From a virus (lineage: Duplodnaviria; Caudoviricetes), in the IMG/VR virus record IMGVR_UViG_3300033405_000003: DNA of 64,000 nt; one strand, written 5' to 3'. Both the position numbers and the translations under genes were made by a program. Within the stretch, counting starts at the first letter, position 1. Every line of letters starts with the position of its first letter. This document shows positions 10,297 through 20,149 of the stretch, piece after piece. A model generated the notes under the pieces. That model was not told the origin of the DNA. It was given only the letters and a program-made list of their open reading frames with translations, and searched no databases.

Positions 10297-10569
10297 ATGA
10301 GAGTGGTACAGGACGACCTCTGGCTCTGCGACGACTGCACGATCTACGCGGTCAACGGCGACACGTCGGGCATCCCCGACGAGGACGAGAAGAGGGTCGT
10401 CAAGGGCGTGAACGCGCTCGGACCGCACCTCGTGCCCGACTTTGACTCGGAGACGGGCGAGGGCATGGAGGAGTTCTCGCGTACGACGTGCGACGGTTGC
10501 GGCACGCGCCTCGCCGGCGGCAGGCACCGCTTCGCGATCCTCGGGCCGGAGAAAAAGAGACGCCGTTGA
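10297..10569 (+). CDS. hypothetical phage protein (CxxC x2)
   Basis: RBS GAGGAG; LCDDC...EFSRTTCDGCG. Confidence 0.6.
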   Translation: MRVVQDDLWLCDDCTIYAVNGDTSGIPDEDEKRVVKGVNALGPHLVPDFDSETGEGMEEFSRTTCDGCGTRLAGGRHRFAILGPEKKRRR

Positions 10570-10608
10570 GGCTGGACTCCCGGCGCGCGAGCAGCTAGTC
10601 GAAGAACG

Positions 10609-10950
10609 ATGGCGGCGCGCGCCGAGGCCCTCGACTTCGTCCACCGCGTGCTCCGGTGCACCGTGCTCAAGGACCTCGAAGTCGCGGCTTTCTGGGCGTC
10701 GCCGGGCGTGGTGCACATCCACGCGAGGCACGCCTACGGCAAGTGGCAAACGGTGACCGTCACGGGGATCGATCGCGGCCTCGCGAGGAGTGAGAACGGC
10801 ACGCCCGTCACGGCCTCGGACGTCGCGATCCGGTTGAGGAACGCGCTCAAGGACAGGCCGCCCGACAGGCGCATCGGGCACGCCTGGAAAGCCGATCGGT
10901 TGAGACGGGCCGAGGCTGCCGCTGTTGATGACAAGGGCGAGCCGAGCTAG
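10609..10950 (+). CDS. hypothetical protein
   Basis: ORF ends just before the tRNA. Confidence 0.5.
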   Translation: MAARAEALDFVHRVLRCTVLKDLEVAAFWASPGVVHIHARHAYGKWQTVTVTGIDRGLARSENGTPVTASDVAIRLRNALKDRPPDRRIGHAWKADRLRRAEAAAVDDKGEPS

Positions 10951-10965
10951 GCTTCCCCTCGTTGA

Positions 10966-11039
10966 TGCGGACGAGTGGCGCGGTTCCATACAAGCCTCAT
11001 AAGCTTGTGAAGGCTCGGTTCGACTCCGGGTGTCCGCAA
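10966..11039 (+). tRNA. tRNA-Met/Ile2 (CAT)
   Basis: TGCGGAC/GTCCGCA acceptor; CAAGC-CTCATAA-GCTTG; T-loop TTCGACT; lacks the initiator 3xGC stem. Confidence 0.85.
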
Positions 11040-11068
11040 CCGACGAGGGGATTCTCCCCTCGTCCCAC

Positions 11069-11446
11069 GGGCCTGAAATAGATTCGACGGCGAGAGGAGA
11101 TCCTGGTCAGCGTGCAGTGGCGCCCGCCCCACCCAAGCGGGCAACCGTAATTGCGAACGACAACGCAATCGCCCCGGCCGCGCAAGCAGCCTGAGCCGCC
11201 GTGCCGAGTAGGTGTTCCAGTACCTCGGCCGGTGTGAACCCGACGGGAGCTTGGCCACGGGGAGCGCTCGCGACCCATGGCGAGATCAAGCGGGCAGGAG
11301 CGCGCTCTCCCTAAACTGCGCTGGTGGAGGTAGCCGAGGCAACCCGGCATCCCCCTGTGTCGGTGCAGCCGATCATCCGACTACGCACGTAGAAGACTGG
11401 GAACAAGGCTCGGCGGACCCCGGGGCAGTACCGGGCAGGTCCACCA
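11069..11446 (+). ncRNA. ssrA: tmRNA (one-piece), tag ANDNAIAPAAQAA*
   Basis: 5' GGGCCTG..ATTCGAC pairs with 3' CAGGTCC-A-CCA including G3:U; tag ORF 11153-11194. Confidence 0.92.
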
Positions 11447-12085
11447 TGAAGAAGAGCGGCGGAAAGAGCAGAGCATGAGCGCCGGCCACTGCTACAACCA
11501 GGCCAAGCACCATGAGAGCATGTCGCTCTGGCGCGGCCTGCACGCCGGGATGATCCCCTGCTACCGGGACAAGGCGCGGCACGCGATGTGGCGGTGGGGC
11601 CGGAAGAAGGGGTTACGGCGCGCGCGGCGGAGACTCGACCGCGACTTGTGCAAGTTCCCGGGCGAGTGATGGGCCCGTACCGGAGAAACACGCGCCGCGA
11701 GCCCGAGCCCGAGCACGAGCACAACGACATGTTCTCGGACCCCATCTCGTGTCCGAACTGCGCGGGGATGCGGCTCCTCGTCGGCATCCCGATCTTGTGC
11801 TTCGCGCTCGTGCAGCTCGGTTGGTGCAAACTCCCGCCCCCGCGCGAGTGTGAGCCGGGCGAGTGCGTGCGGCGCGAGGAAGATCACCTCTTCGCCCACG
11901 GCAACCGCGAGTGCCTCGAGTGGTGCCCGAAGCCGATCGAGGTCCGCCTCTCGCCCGAAGACCGCAAGCTCCTCGCGAATGTGATCGCGGAAGCCATCAA
12001 GGTGCCGCCGGACGCGGGGAGATGATCGGGCGCGCGGATTTTCGGCGATGAGGGGTGCCCGGCCGAGATGCGATAGACTGGCCCC

Positions 12086-13534
12086 ATGGCGCGGGGCGCG
12101 GTCCTGAACAGCGCAGCGAGGGGGAGCATCGTGGGCGCGGCCATCGCGCTCGCGCTCGCGCACTCGCGGCGCGAGAAATACGGCATACCCGTCGCGGCGG
12201 GCGCGCTCCTCGGGGCGCTCGGCGGCGCGTGGCTCCACTCGCGCGGCGGCGCAGGCCGGATGCTCGCGGGCTGGGTCCCGCCGCCGCACCCCATCGAGGT
12301 CATGGCGTCGTTCAACCCGAACGCGAGCCCCGCCGCCCAGGCGCGCGCCGTGCTGACGGACTACTACCACGACGACGCCACGCGCTCGTGGGTCGACGAC
12401 GGTGCGGTCAAGAGCGCGTTCGGGGTCAAACAGAAAGAGGACTACGACCCGACGCAGCTCATCGCGGCCTACGAGAACAAGAACGCGCCCGTCTGGAGGA
12501 AGGGCGGCGGTCGCATGACGTGGGCCGAGATGGACAAGGCCGTGCAGGGGGCGATCGGCAGGCGCATGAAGCTCGGGGCCTTGCCGAAGCCGAGCTACGA
12601 CAAGAACCCGATCCGGATCTACTACTACGACCACGACCGGATGAAGATGGTCGAGTACGATCGCGCGAACCTGCAGAACCTGCTCAACCCGAACAACCAC
12701 TACTATTTCCGCGACCCGTCCGTGCACACGTGGGAGACGCAGGACCCGGCGGCGATCGAGCGGGAGAGGAAGGGCCCCGTCAAGGCGGGGGAGCACCCGG
12801 GGTGGGGCGGCGAAGGTTTTAGCTGGGACAAGGACGTCGCGGGCCAGTTCGGGTCGATCCTCCAGTCGACGCTGCAGCTCGTCGGCTTCGCGATGCAGCT
12901 CACCGGCTACGCGGCGGCCGTGGGCTCCGCGCTCTCGCAGGCCTCCCCGTACCTCGGCACGCTCGCCGGGATGGCGGACGACGCGTTCCAGGGCAACGAC
13001 AACAGCAAGGCCGTGGCCGCGATCGCGAAGATGATCCTCACGGTCGCGAACAAGGGGCTCGGCGAGGCCATCGGGACGGAGCTTCCGCCGGTGGCGATGC
13101 AGGCGCTCGGCCAGGGCGTCGACACGCTCGGCCAGCAGATCGCGGCCGGCCAGAAGGAGCACCTCGACTACACGGGGATCTGGACGAACATCCTGAAGAA
13201 GGCGCAGAAGTTCCACAAGATCGGGGACCAGGAAGCCCACGTGATCGAGAAGGTCCTCGGCGAGAACTCCGCGGGCGGGATGTTCATCAAGGGATACCAG
13301 GCGGGCAAGCTCACGGACCTGCCGACGATCGACGCCATCTCGAAGATGTTCAACAACCAGGGCAACGCGAACGTGTGGATGCTCGGCGCCGGGCTCGGGC
13401 AGCTCGCGGTCCGCCAGGGCGCCGCGGCGCCGACGTCGCGCAAGGCAGCGGCTCCGATCCATCGGTCTGCTTCTGCGCACGCGTCGAGCGGCTATTGGGC
13501 CGCGGAAGAATCGTATTTGCCCTGGTGGGGCTGA
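12086..13534 (+). CDS. hypothetical protein with N-terminal TM segments (possibly virion)
   Basis: 482 aa; TAGACT -10 box 6 nt before ATG; two hydrophobic Gly/Ala helices. Confidence 0.7.
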   Translation: MARGAVLNSAARGSIVGAAIALALAHSRREKYGIPVAAGALLGALGGAWLHSRGGAGRMLAGWVPPPHPIEVMASFNPNASPAAQARAVLTDYYHDDATRSWVDDGAVKSAFGVKQKEDYDPTQLIAAYENKNAPVWRKGGGRMTWAEMDKAVQGAIGRRMKLGALPKPSYDKNPIRIYYYDHDRMKMVEYDRANLQNLLNPNNHYYFRDPSVHTWETQDPAAIERERKGPVKAGEHPGWGGEGFSWDKDVAGQFGSILQSTLQLVGFAMQLTGYAAAVGSALSQASPYLGTLAGMADDAFQGNDNSKAVAAIAKMILTVANKGLGEAIGTELPPVAMQALGQGVDTLGQQIAAGQKEHLDYTGIWTNILKKAQKFHKIGDQEAHVIEKVLGENSAGGMFIKGYQAGKLTDLPTIDAISKMFNNQGNANVWMLGAGLGQLAVRQGAAAPTSRKAAAPIHRSASAHASSGYWAAEESYLPWWG

Positions 13535-13595
13535 GGAAGAATTCTGCGGATTCGAGGCCGCGGCCCGAGCTGCGCTAGACTGTTCCAAACGAGAG

Positions 13596-14075
13596 GTGGA
13601 CGAGATGGAGAGGATGAACCCAACACCCGTGGTCCTGGCAGCCGCCGTCGGCGGGCTCATCACGCACGCGAAGAAGAAGAGCGTCTGGGAGGGCGTGCTC
13701 TGGGGCGGCGGGAGCGCCTTGGCCGTCGCCCTGCTCCTCGGTCACAAGTACGTCCCGGGCCACTGGACCGGCCAGCTCCCGTCGCAACTCGAGCCCGCGC
13801 TCCCGGGCCAGATGACCTACAACCTCGACCCGCGAACCGACCCGCGTCTCGATCCCGTCTCGCGCCGGAGCCTCTACCCGGCGTGGCTCCTCGCGCACTG
13901 GCAGAACGGCGACCGCCGGATCATCGCCCAGATCCAGAGGCAGCTCGGGGTCGCCGGCGACGGCATCCCCGGAGGCTCTACCTCGGTCGCGATCCACGCT
14001 TTCCAGGCCCAGAACGGCCTCCAGACGACCGGTGAGATGGACATCCGGACGATGCAGGCGCTCACCTCCGGTTGA
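13596..14075 (+). CDS. membrane protein with peptidoglycan-binding (PG_binding_1) domain
   Basis: IQRQLG..DGIPG..T..AIHAFQAQNGL..TG..D..T. Confidence 0.8.
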   Translation: MDEMERMNPTPVVLAAAVGGLITHAKKKSVWEGVLWGGGSALAVALLLGHKYVPGHWTGQLPSQLEPALPGQMTYNLDPRTDPRLDPVSRRSLYPAWLLAHWQNGDRRIIAQIQRQLGVAGDGIPGGSTSVAIHAFQAQNGLQTTGEMDIRTMQALTSG

Positions 14076-14520
14076 CGCGGGGTTTTTCGTGGCATGCACG
14101 TTCGAGGAGGCGATGGAGACGCGCCTGCGCACCTCGAAGACTGAGGCCGCGAGGGAGGCGCTCAAGCTCGCGAAGGACATGTACGTGGGCGACGCCATCG
14201 CACTCGTGATCGAGTCGCTGCCCGCGAACAAAACCCAGCAGCTCCGGCGCTGGAACGAGAGCTGGGAAGGCTGGTGCGAATGGATCGACTGGGTCGACCA
14301 GGGCTGGGACGTGAGGGACATCAGCCGCGGCATCGCGAGCGTCGTGCCGCCCGAAGGGTGGAAGCCCACGCAGCCGAACTACCAGCCGAGCCCGAGCGCG
14401 GAAGCTGTCGCGGCGGCGGTCGACGCTTCCGGTGCTAGGTTCCTGAACGTCGGGCACTACGCGGCCCGCGCGCCGTGGGTTCAGTTTCTCTACAGGATTC
14501 GCTGAGGAAGGACGGAGGAC

Positions 14521-14685
14521 ATGACGAAGAAGGACTACATCAAGGCCGCGGAGATCATCCGCAGCCACGGCTCGCCGGACAAGATGGTCGAGGCGTTCGT
14601 CGAGTTCTTCGTGGCCGACAACCCGCGGTTCGACGTGGACCGCTTCATCGAGGCTGCCATCGGCAAGCCGCGCGCGCGCCGCTAG
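14521..14685 (+). CDS. small phage-type hypothetical protein
   Basis: RBS GGAGG; MTKKDYIKAAEII...DNPRFDVDRFIEAA. Confidence 0.65.
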   Translation: MTKKDYIKAAEIIRSHGSPDKMVEAFVEFFVADNPRFDVDRFIEAAIGKPRARR

Positions 14686-15155
14686 CGCCATGAGCGACAA
14701 GCCCGAGAAGCTCCAGAAGCTCTGCAAAGGCGTGCGCGCGATCGGGCCGAGCTTCGAGATCCACCTCAAGCCCTCCGACCAGAACCCCGACGAGTGGGCC
14801 GTGATGGTCATCGCGGGCGGGGCGGCGATCCTCGTGAACACCGACTTCGCCCCCATCGAGGAGAGCGTCGACCAGGCGCTCCGGAGGCTCACCGCCATCT
14901 CCCAGAAGACGCTCGTCGCGGTCCGGCAGTCGAACCCGCCGCCAGCCCCGGACACCGAGAAGGAGAGCGACAAGAAATGAAGATCACGACCACGGACGAG
15001 GGCGTGCTCGTCGAGACGGAGACGTCCGAGAGCTTCACGCCGCGCGTGACGCAGGCCGAGCGCGACGAGGCCGCTCGCGTGTTCGCCGAGACCGGCTGCG
15101 TCCCGGAGGACTACCACCGCAGGGCCGCGTCGGGTTATCTCATCATCCGAGGATC

Positions 15156-15776
15156 GTGACCCCCGTCTTCCAGACCAAGTTCGGCGTGAACCGCTGGCCG
15201 TTCGAGCCTGGCGACTGCCTTTCGGCGTGCATCGCAAGCATCCTCGAGATCCCCATCCAGGAGGTGCCGGGCTTCGTCGACATGCGCGACGACCGGGACG
15301 GGCTCTGGGCCGAGAGGCTCGACGCGTGGCTCGGACCGATGGGCCTGCGGGCCATCTGCCTGCCCGCGCACGCTGTGGCCGCCTTACCGCCGGATCACCA
15401 CTGCATCTTTCACGGTCTGTCGGTGAAAGGGCATGAGCATGCGGTCGTCGCCATGGACGGCGAGATCGTCCACGACCCGCACCCGAGCCGCACGGGCCTC
15501 GCGCGGGTGGACGGCGTCATCCTCCTCGCCCTCCGAGCGCCGGAGTTCGTGGGCTCGGACTTCGAGTCCTTCCGCGCGAACGCCGAGCGGGTGCTCGACG
15601 ACATCGCGCGGTTCCGCAGCTCGCTCAGTCCGCACGACCTCGCGTTCGTGCAGATCGGCCTCCACGCCTCGCACATGGAGGAGGCCATCGTCGCGGGCGA
15701 CGAGCTTCGCGCCAAGGCGCACCTCCGCGCGCTCGTCGACCTCGTCCGCCGAGTGAGGGAGGGCGCCGGGACATGA
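15156..15776 (+). CDS. papain-fold/C39-like hypothetical protein
   Basis: GDCLSACIASILE...HAVV...HDPHP (Cys-His-Asp order). Confidence 0.55.
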   Translation: MTPVFQTKFGVNRWPFEPGDCLSACIASILEIPIQEVPGFVDMRDDRDGLWAERLDAWLGPMGLRAICLPAHAVAALPPDHHCIFHGLSVKGHEHAVVAMDGEIVHDPHPSRTGLARVDGVILLALRAPEFVGSDFESFRANAERVLDDIARFRSSLSPHDLAFVQIGLHASHMEEAIVAGDELRAKAHLRALVDLVRRVREGAGT

Positions 15777-16138
15777 TGGTCCGCATCCGCGACCTCGCCA
15801 TGGACAGGTCGGGCGTCTTCGGGGCCTACGCGGACGTGCTACGCGGGACGAGGCCCGCGCCCGGCCACGAGCGTGACCCGGTCGAGCTGATCGAGTCGGG
15901 CGGCGCGCTCCACGTCGCGGACGGTTACCACCGGATCATGAAGGCGCTCTTCGAGGGCCGCGACCGCGTGATAGCCACCATCGTGAAGAGGAGCCGCATC
16001 CCCGAGCATCCCTCGTACTTCGATTGGCGCCGCGAGCCGGACTGGACTGATCCGGTGGACGTGTACAACCACCCGGACTTGCCGGGGTCCGCGGAAGGGC
16101 TCCTCTACCGCGCACTCGAGCGGCGCGGGCTCGTGTAG
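15773..16138 (+). CDS. ParB/Srx-like N-terminal domain protein
   Basis: VADGYHR motif. Confidence 0.6.
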   Translation: MMVRIRDLAMDRSGVFGAYADVLRGTRPAPGHERDPVELIESGGALHVADGYHRIMKALFEGRDRVIATIVKRSRIPEHPSYFDWRREPDWTDPVDVYNHPDLPGSAEGLLYRALERRGLV

Positions 16139-16436
16139 CCCGTGTTCTGGCTCGCCTCCTACTTCCTCTGCGGCGTCTTCTGGTGGCTCGGCATGATCGA
16201 TTTCGCGGAGCATCGGGAAACCTGGGGGAGCTTGCGCGGCCCAGCGAGGAAGTCGGCCTACGTGGGCATCCAGTTCGTCTTCGGGATGCTGCTCTGGCCC
16301 GTTGGGATCGCCGGCTGGGCGATCACGAAGGGATTCTTCGGCAAGCGCGCCAAGGCGAACCTCGAGAGGAGCACGAATGATCTCACGAGGGAGCTGGACG
16401 AGCGCGACCGTCGGTGACAGAGTCGCTGACGGCGAC

Positions 16437-17150
16437 ATGACGGCGAGCATCGAGGTCATCCGCGGCGACTGCTTCCACGTCGACCTCCGGGAGCACATCG
16501 GCAAGGTCGACCTCCTCATTTGCGACCCGCCGTACGGCGAGATCCTCGACGAGGAATGGGACCACGAGTGCTACGCCGGGCTCGGCCACCTCGCGGAGGG
16601 CCTACTCGCCGCCGGCGGCACGGCGTACGTGTGGGGCGGCGTCGGCACGCACAAGAACCGTCCGTTCTTCAAGTGGCTCGCGGCCGTCGAAGACCAGACG
16701 GACCTCCGCCTCCACAACCTCATCACGTGGGGCAAGAAGCGCGCGTACGGCGTGCAGACGAACTACCTCTTCACGCGCGAGGAGGTCGCGATGCTCGTGA
16801 AAGGGGACAAGCCCAAGACGTTCAACGTGCCGCTCCTAGACGAGCTTCGCGGCTACGCCGGCTACAACAAGAAGTACCCGGCCAAGAGCGCGTACAAGCG
16901 CCGCACGAACGTCTGGACCGACGTGACCGAGCTTCTGCGGGGCAAGATCCACAAGGCCGAGAAGCCGGCCAAGCTCGCCGAGATCATGATCAGGACCTCG
17001 AGCAGACCCGGCGACCTCGTCGTCGACCTCTTCGCGGGCTCCGGCTCGACGGGGGTCGCGGCCCTCGCGGTCGGGCAGCGGAGGTGCCTGCTCGTCGAGA
17101 AGAGCGGCTGCGCGATGCACGCGCTCGATGTATCTTCGGAGACCGGATGA
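16437..17150 (+). CDS. DNA N6-adenine/N4-cytosine methyltransferase (beta class)
   Basis: DPPY, H..EKP, DLFAGSGSTG. Confidence 0.9.
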   Translation: MTASIEVIRGDCFHVDLREHIGKVDLLICDPPYGEILDEEWDHECYAGLGHLAEGLLAAGGTAYVWGGVGTHKNRPFFKWLAAVEDQTDLRLHNLITWGKKRAYGVQTNYLFTREEVAMLVKGDKPKTFNVPLLDELRGYAGYNKKYPAKSAYKRRTNVWTDVTELLRGKIHKAEKPAKLAEIMIRTSSRPGDLVVDLFAGSGSTGVAALAVGQRRCLLVEKSGCAMHALDVSSETG

Positions 17151-17728
17151 AGAACTACCTCCTCTCCCCCGACGGCTTGACGCGCATCGACGACAAAGAT
17201 CTCGCGAGATGGCAGCTCCAGGGCAGCTTCATGCGGTCCGAGGGGCCCGTGCTCTTCCCCGTGGCGCTCGGCAGGCCGGAGGCCGACGCCGTCGAAGCGC
17301 TGCTCGCGCGCGGCGAGAATTTTGTCTTCTGGTTCACGCCCGACTTCCGCGTCGTCGTCTCGGGCAAACCGAACCGGTGGAAGGTCCGCTTCGAGCTGCG
17401 GGGCATGACGAGGAGCGGCAAGGCCGGCGTCCAGACGATGATCGTGGGAGGGAAGTTCGAGTCGTCGAAGGTCGTGGCCGTGATTGCCGAGGTCTTCGAG
17501 AGGAACCGCCAGAACCTGCCCGGCGCGGCGCCGGGCCCGGAGCTTTCGAAGCTCGTCGAGGACGCCAAGGACATGAGCGCGGAGAGGCGCGCACTCGCGG
17601 CGCAGGCCGCGGCGTCGAGCGCGGAGCGCGAGGTCCTGCTCGCCGCCATGGCGCCGGAGGATCGCGAGCGCGCCATCGCGGACTGGGCGCACAAGCTCGC
17701 GGGCGACGTCGCCCACCTCACGGACTGA
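17147..17728 (+). CDS. hypothetical protein
   Basis: ATGA coupling to the methyltransferase. Confidence 0.55.
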   Translation: MKNYLLSPDGLTRIDDKDLARWQLQGSFMRSEGPVLFPVALGRPEADAVEALLARGENFVFWFTPDFRVVVSGKPNRWKVRFELRGMTRSGKAGVQTMIVGGKFESSKVVAVIAEVFERNRQNLPGAAPGPELSKLVEDAKDMSAERRALAAQAAASSAEREVLLAAMAPEDRERAIADWAHKLAGDVAHLTD

Positions 17729-18244
17729 GCGTGAGCAAGCTCTCGAGCCGCGCGCTCAAGCGGGTCGTCGCGAAGCCGGCCGGGATGCGCGGCGCCGTGC
17801 TCGCGTACCTGATGCTCGGCGGCGCATTCAACATCCGCGACGACGGCGACGACGAGGACGCGTGGGATCGCGTCTCGAGGGCGCTCGACCGCGTTTGGCA
17901 CGAGCAGCTCACGGAGTACGAGCGCCTCGTGCTCAATTACGAGACGCGCATCGCGATGGCAGAGGCCCTGGGCGAACCGACCTGCTAAAGCTCGTCCACC
18001 GCGTAGAGGCCGTCATCGATCGCCACCCACGCGCTGAAGCCGTGGTCGTCCTGGATTTTGACCTCGGCCCCCCTCACGCCCACCACCGCCGCGAGGTCGA
18101 GGGGAACCCTCTTGCCGGGGAACCGGACGTTCTCGGGCAGCTTCGGCATACGATCGAGGGCAGACTTCTTCGCACGGAAGAAGACGATGACGCCGCGCCG
18201 CCGGAGCGCCTTCTCGAGGTCGCAGAGGGTCATGGGCCCGAACT

Positions 18245-18691
18245 TCATTGGCACGAGCACCCGCACGCGAGCGACGAGCCCGCGGGGATGGTCCATTTGC
18301 ACGTGCAGCTCGATCCCGCGACGCCGCCCGCGGTCTTGCACTCGGAGTTCCTGTCCCACGTGCACGAGCTGGGCACGATGGTGAGCCCCGAGCTGAGCAC
18401 GGTGCCGCCGCATTTGTTCTGGCAGGCGCTATTGCCCGCGGGGCAGGAGCCGCCGGACTTGTCGTTGCAGAGTAAAGTGTCGATCGGCACCGCGACCGAG
18501 TCCTCGCGGCAGTCCGAGGGCAGCGTGCAGACGACCTGCGAGCCCGACGCGGGGCCGTTGACGGCTGGGATCGAGATGCTCGCGCACGCGTCCTTCGGCG
18601 GCGGGGGCGGCGGAGGCGGCGGGCAGCCTACCCACATGCTGAGCACGACGATGGTGGCGAGGGTCGTGGACGACCGCTCGAAGAGGGTCAC
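18245..18691 (-). CDS. secreted/lipoprotein-like Cys-rich protein
   Basis: GTG start coupled to 18688 ORF; hydrophobic leader-VGC, poly-Pro, 14 further Cys. Confidence 0.6.
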   Translation of the reverse strand: MTLFERSSTTLATIVVLSMWVGCPPPPPPPPPKDACASISIPAVNGPASGSQVVCTLPSDCREDSVAVPIDTLLCNDKSGGSCPAGNSACQNKCGGTVLSSGLTIVPSSCTWDRNSECKTAGGVAGSSCTCKWTIPAGSSLACGCSCQ

Positions 18692-19146
18692 GCCCAGTCC
18701 TTTCCGAGCACGAGCCGCCTCACGTCGCGCGAGTCGTAGATCGTGGACGTCTCGAGCGTGCCGTCGACGTAGTTCTGCGCCTCGCCTTTGGCGTACTTGA
18801 TCTTCGCCTCGTCGGCGTCGGACTCGTACTCCTCCTCGTCGCCGATCCCTTCGTCGATCGCCTCCTGGAGGGCCTCGTTGTAGCGCTCGTCGGAGATCTG
18901 GTTCAGGTACCGGTCGAAGTCGTGCTTGGTCGAGACGTTGCCGCCGTCGTCGACGACGAGGTCGTCGCCCATGTTCTCGGACCACCAATCCTCGACGATC
19001 TCGGACGCCTTGCCGTAGCCCATCCCGCCGCCGGACCCGGGCCCGTGGTACAGGCTGAACTTCGCGTCGGCGAGCGCCTTCTTCACCCTCTTGGGCATGA
19101 GGTCGTGGACGTACTTCTCGATGTCCTTGTCGGTCGATCTTGACAT
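18688..19146 (-). CDS. acidic hypothetical protein
   Basis: RBS GGAG; D/E-rich. Confidence 0.65.
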   Translation of the reverse strand: MSRSTDKDIEKYVHDLMPKRVKKALADAKFSLYHGPGSGGGMGYGKASEIVEDWWSENMGDDLVVDDGGNVSTKHDFDRYLNQISDERYNEALQEAIDEGIGDEEEYESDADEAKIKYAKGEAQNYVDGTLETSTIYDSRDVRRLVLGKDWA

Positions 19147-19254
19147 GGTCGCTCCGCTAGCCTCGGTCTGCTAAAGCTACCACGTGCTCCCCGTGGCCAG
19201 AAAATCCCGGAACTCCACCCTCGCGCGCCTGATGGGCGCGAGCTGGAGGTCCAC

Positions 19255-19596
19255 ATGGAGAAGGAAAAGAAACGCGGCGAGCGACGCGAGCGCACCATCC
19301 GCTACGGGGGCCGCGCCCGCGCCGAGCACCTGCGCGTAGTCCACCCAGACGGCGCGATCGATTGCGTCTGTGAGCGCTCAACGTGGTGGTTCGCGAAGAA
19401 GAAATCCCTCGGCTGCTCGTGTAGGAAGCATGTGCGTGGTGGTTCCCCGAAGCTCGCGGGCTCGCTCTGCCACCTGTCGGGGAGCGAGCGCGGCTATCAC
19501 CCGACGGTCGTGGCTCGCATCGAGGGCAAGCAGCTCGCGGCGGCGTGGGTGAAAATGATCCGGTCAGGCGTCGAGCGCGACGACGTCGAGCTTTGA
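19255..19596 (+). CDS. hypothetical basic Cys-containing protein
   Basis: RBS GGAGG. Confidence 0.55.
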   Translation: MEKEKKRGERRERTIRYGGRARAEHLRVVHPDGAIDCVCERSTWWFAKKKSLGCSCRKHVRGGSPKLAGSLCHLSGSERGYHPTVVARIEGKQLAAAWVKMIRSGVERDDVEL

Positions 19597-20113
19597 TGTG
19601 ATAAGAGGACCGCTTCCCATGACCCCGATCGTCGAGCCCGAGCTGAGTTTCCTCCCGTTCTCCTGCGAATGCGGCGCGCGCACCGCGACCGCCGGCGACC
19701 TCGCGCTGCACAAGAGAGAGATCTGCCACCGGAGGTTCGACCGGAACCATAGGCAGCCGTCCATCTTCAGCTTCGAGCTTCCGGGTGGTCTCGGGATTTC
19801 CGACGGTGGCAGGAAAACCTGAACGCGATGATACGATGATCGCCGCATGGCGAACGGCGACGACGATCCGCCGAGCAGCGGGAGCGGCAACCAAAGCTCG
19901 CAGTTCCCGCCGCGCGTCTGCCCCAAGTGCAGGGGACGAGACATCCCGTGCGACCTCTGCAATGGGACGACGCCCGAGACGCGCGTCGTCAGCCGGTTCA
20001 AGGCCGCCGCGTTCCTCAGCTCGCACCCCGAGTACCACGACACGCCCGAGGAGTTCCCCGCTACCAAACCGCCGCGGGACGACGGCGAAGCGTGACGAGA
20101 GAATAACGGTGAA

Positions 20114-20142
20114 TTGACGGCACCCCGGGCAGTGTCTACTCT
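20114..20142 (+). promoter_or_regulatory. sigma70-like promoter, leaderless
   Basis: TTGACG-N17-TACTCT; ATG at 20150. Confidence 0.65.
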
Positions 20143-20149
20143 CAGCGCG

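Noticed and set aside
11561-13663. 700-aa minus-strand ORF and similar long antisense ORFs (19157-21016, 23301-24671, 33759-35039)
   Set aside because: Shadow frames of high-GC + strand genes; R/P/G-rich with no motifs
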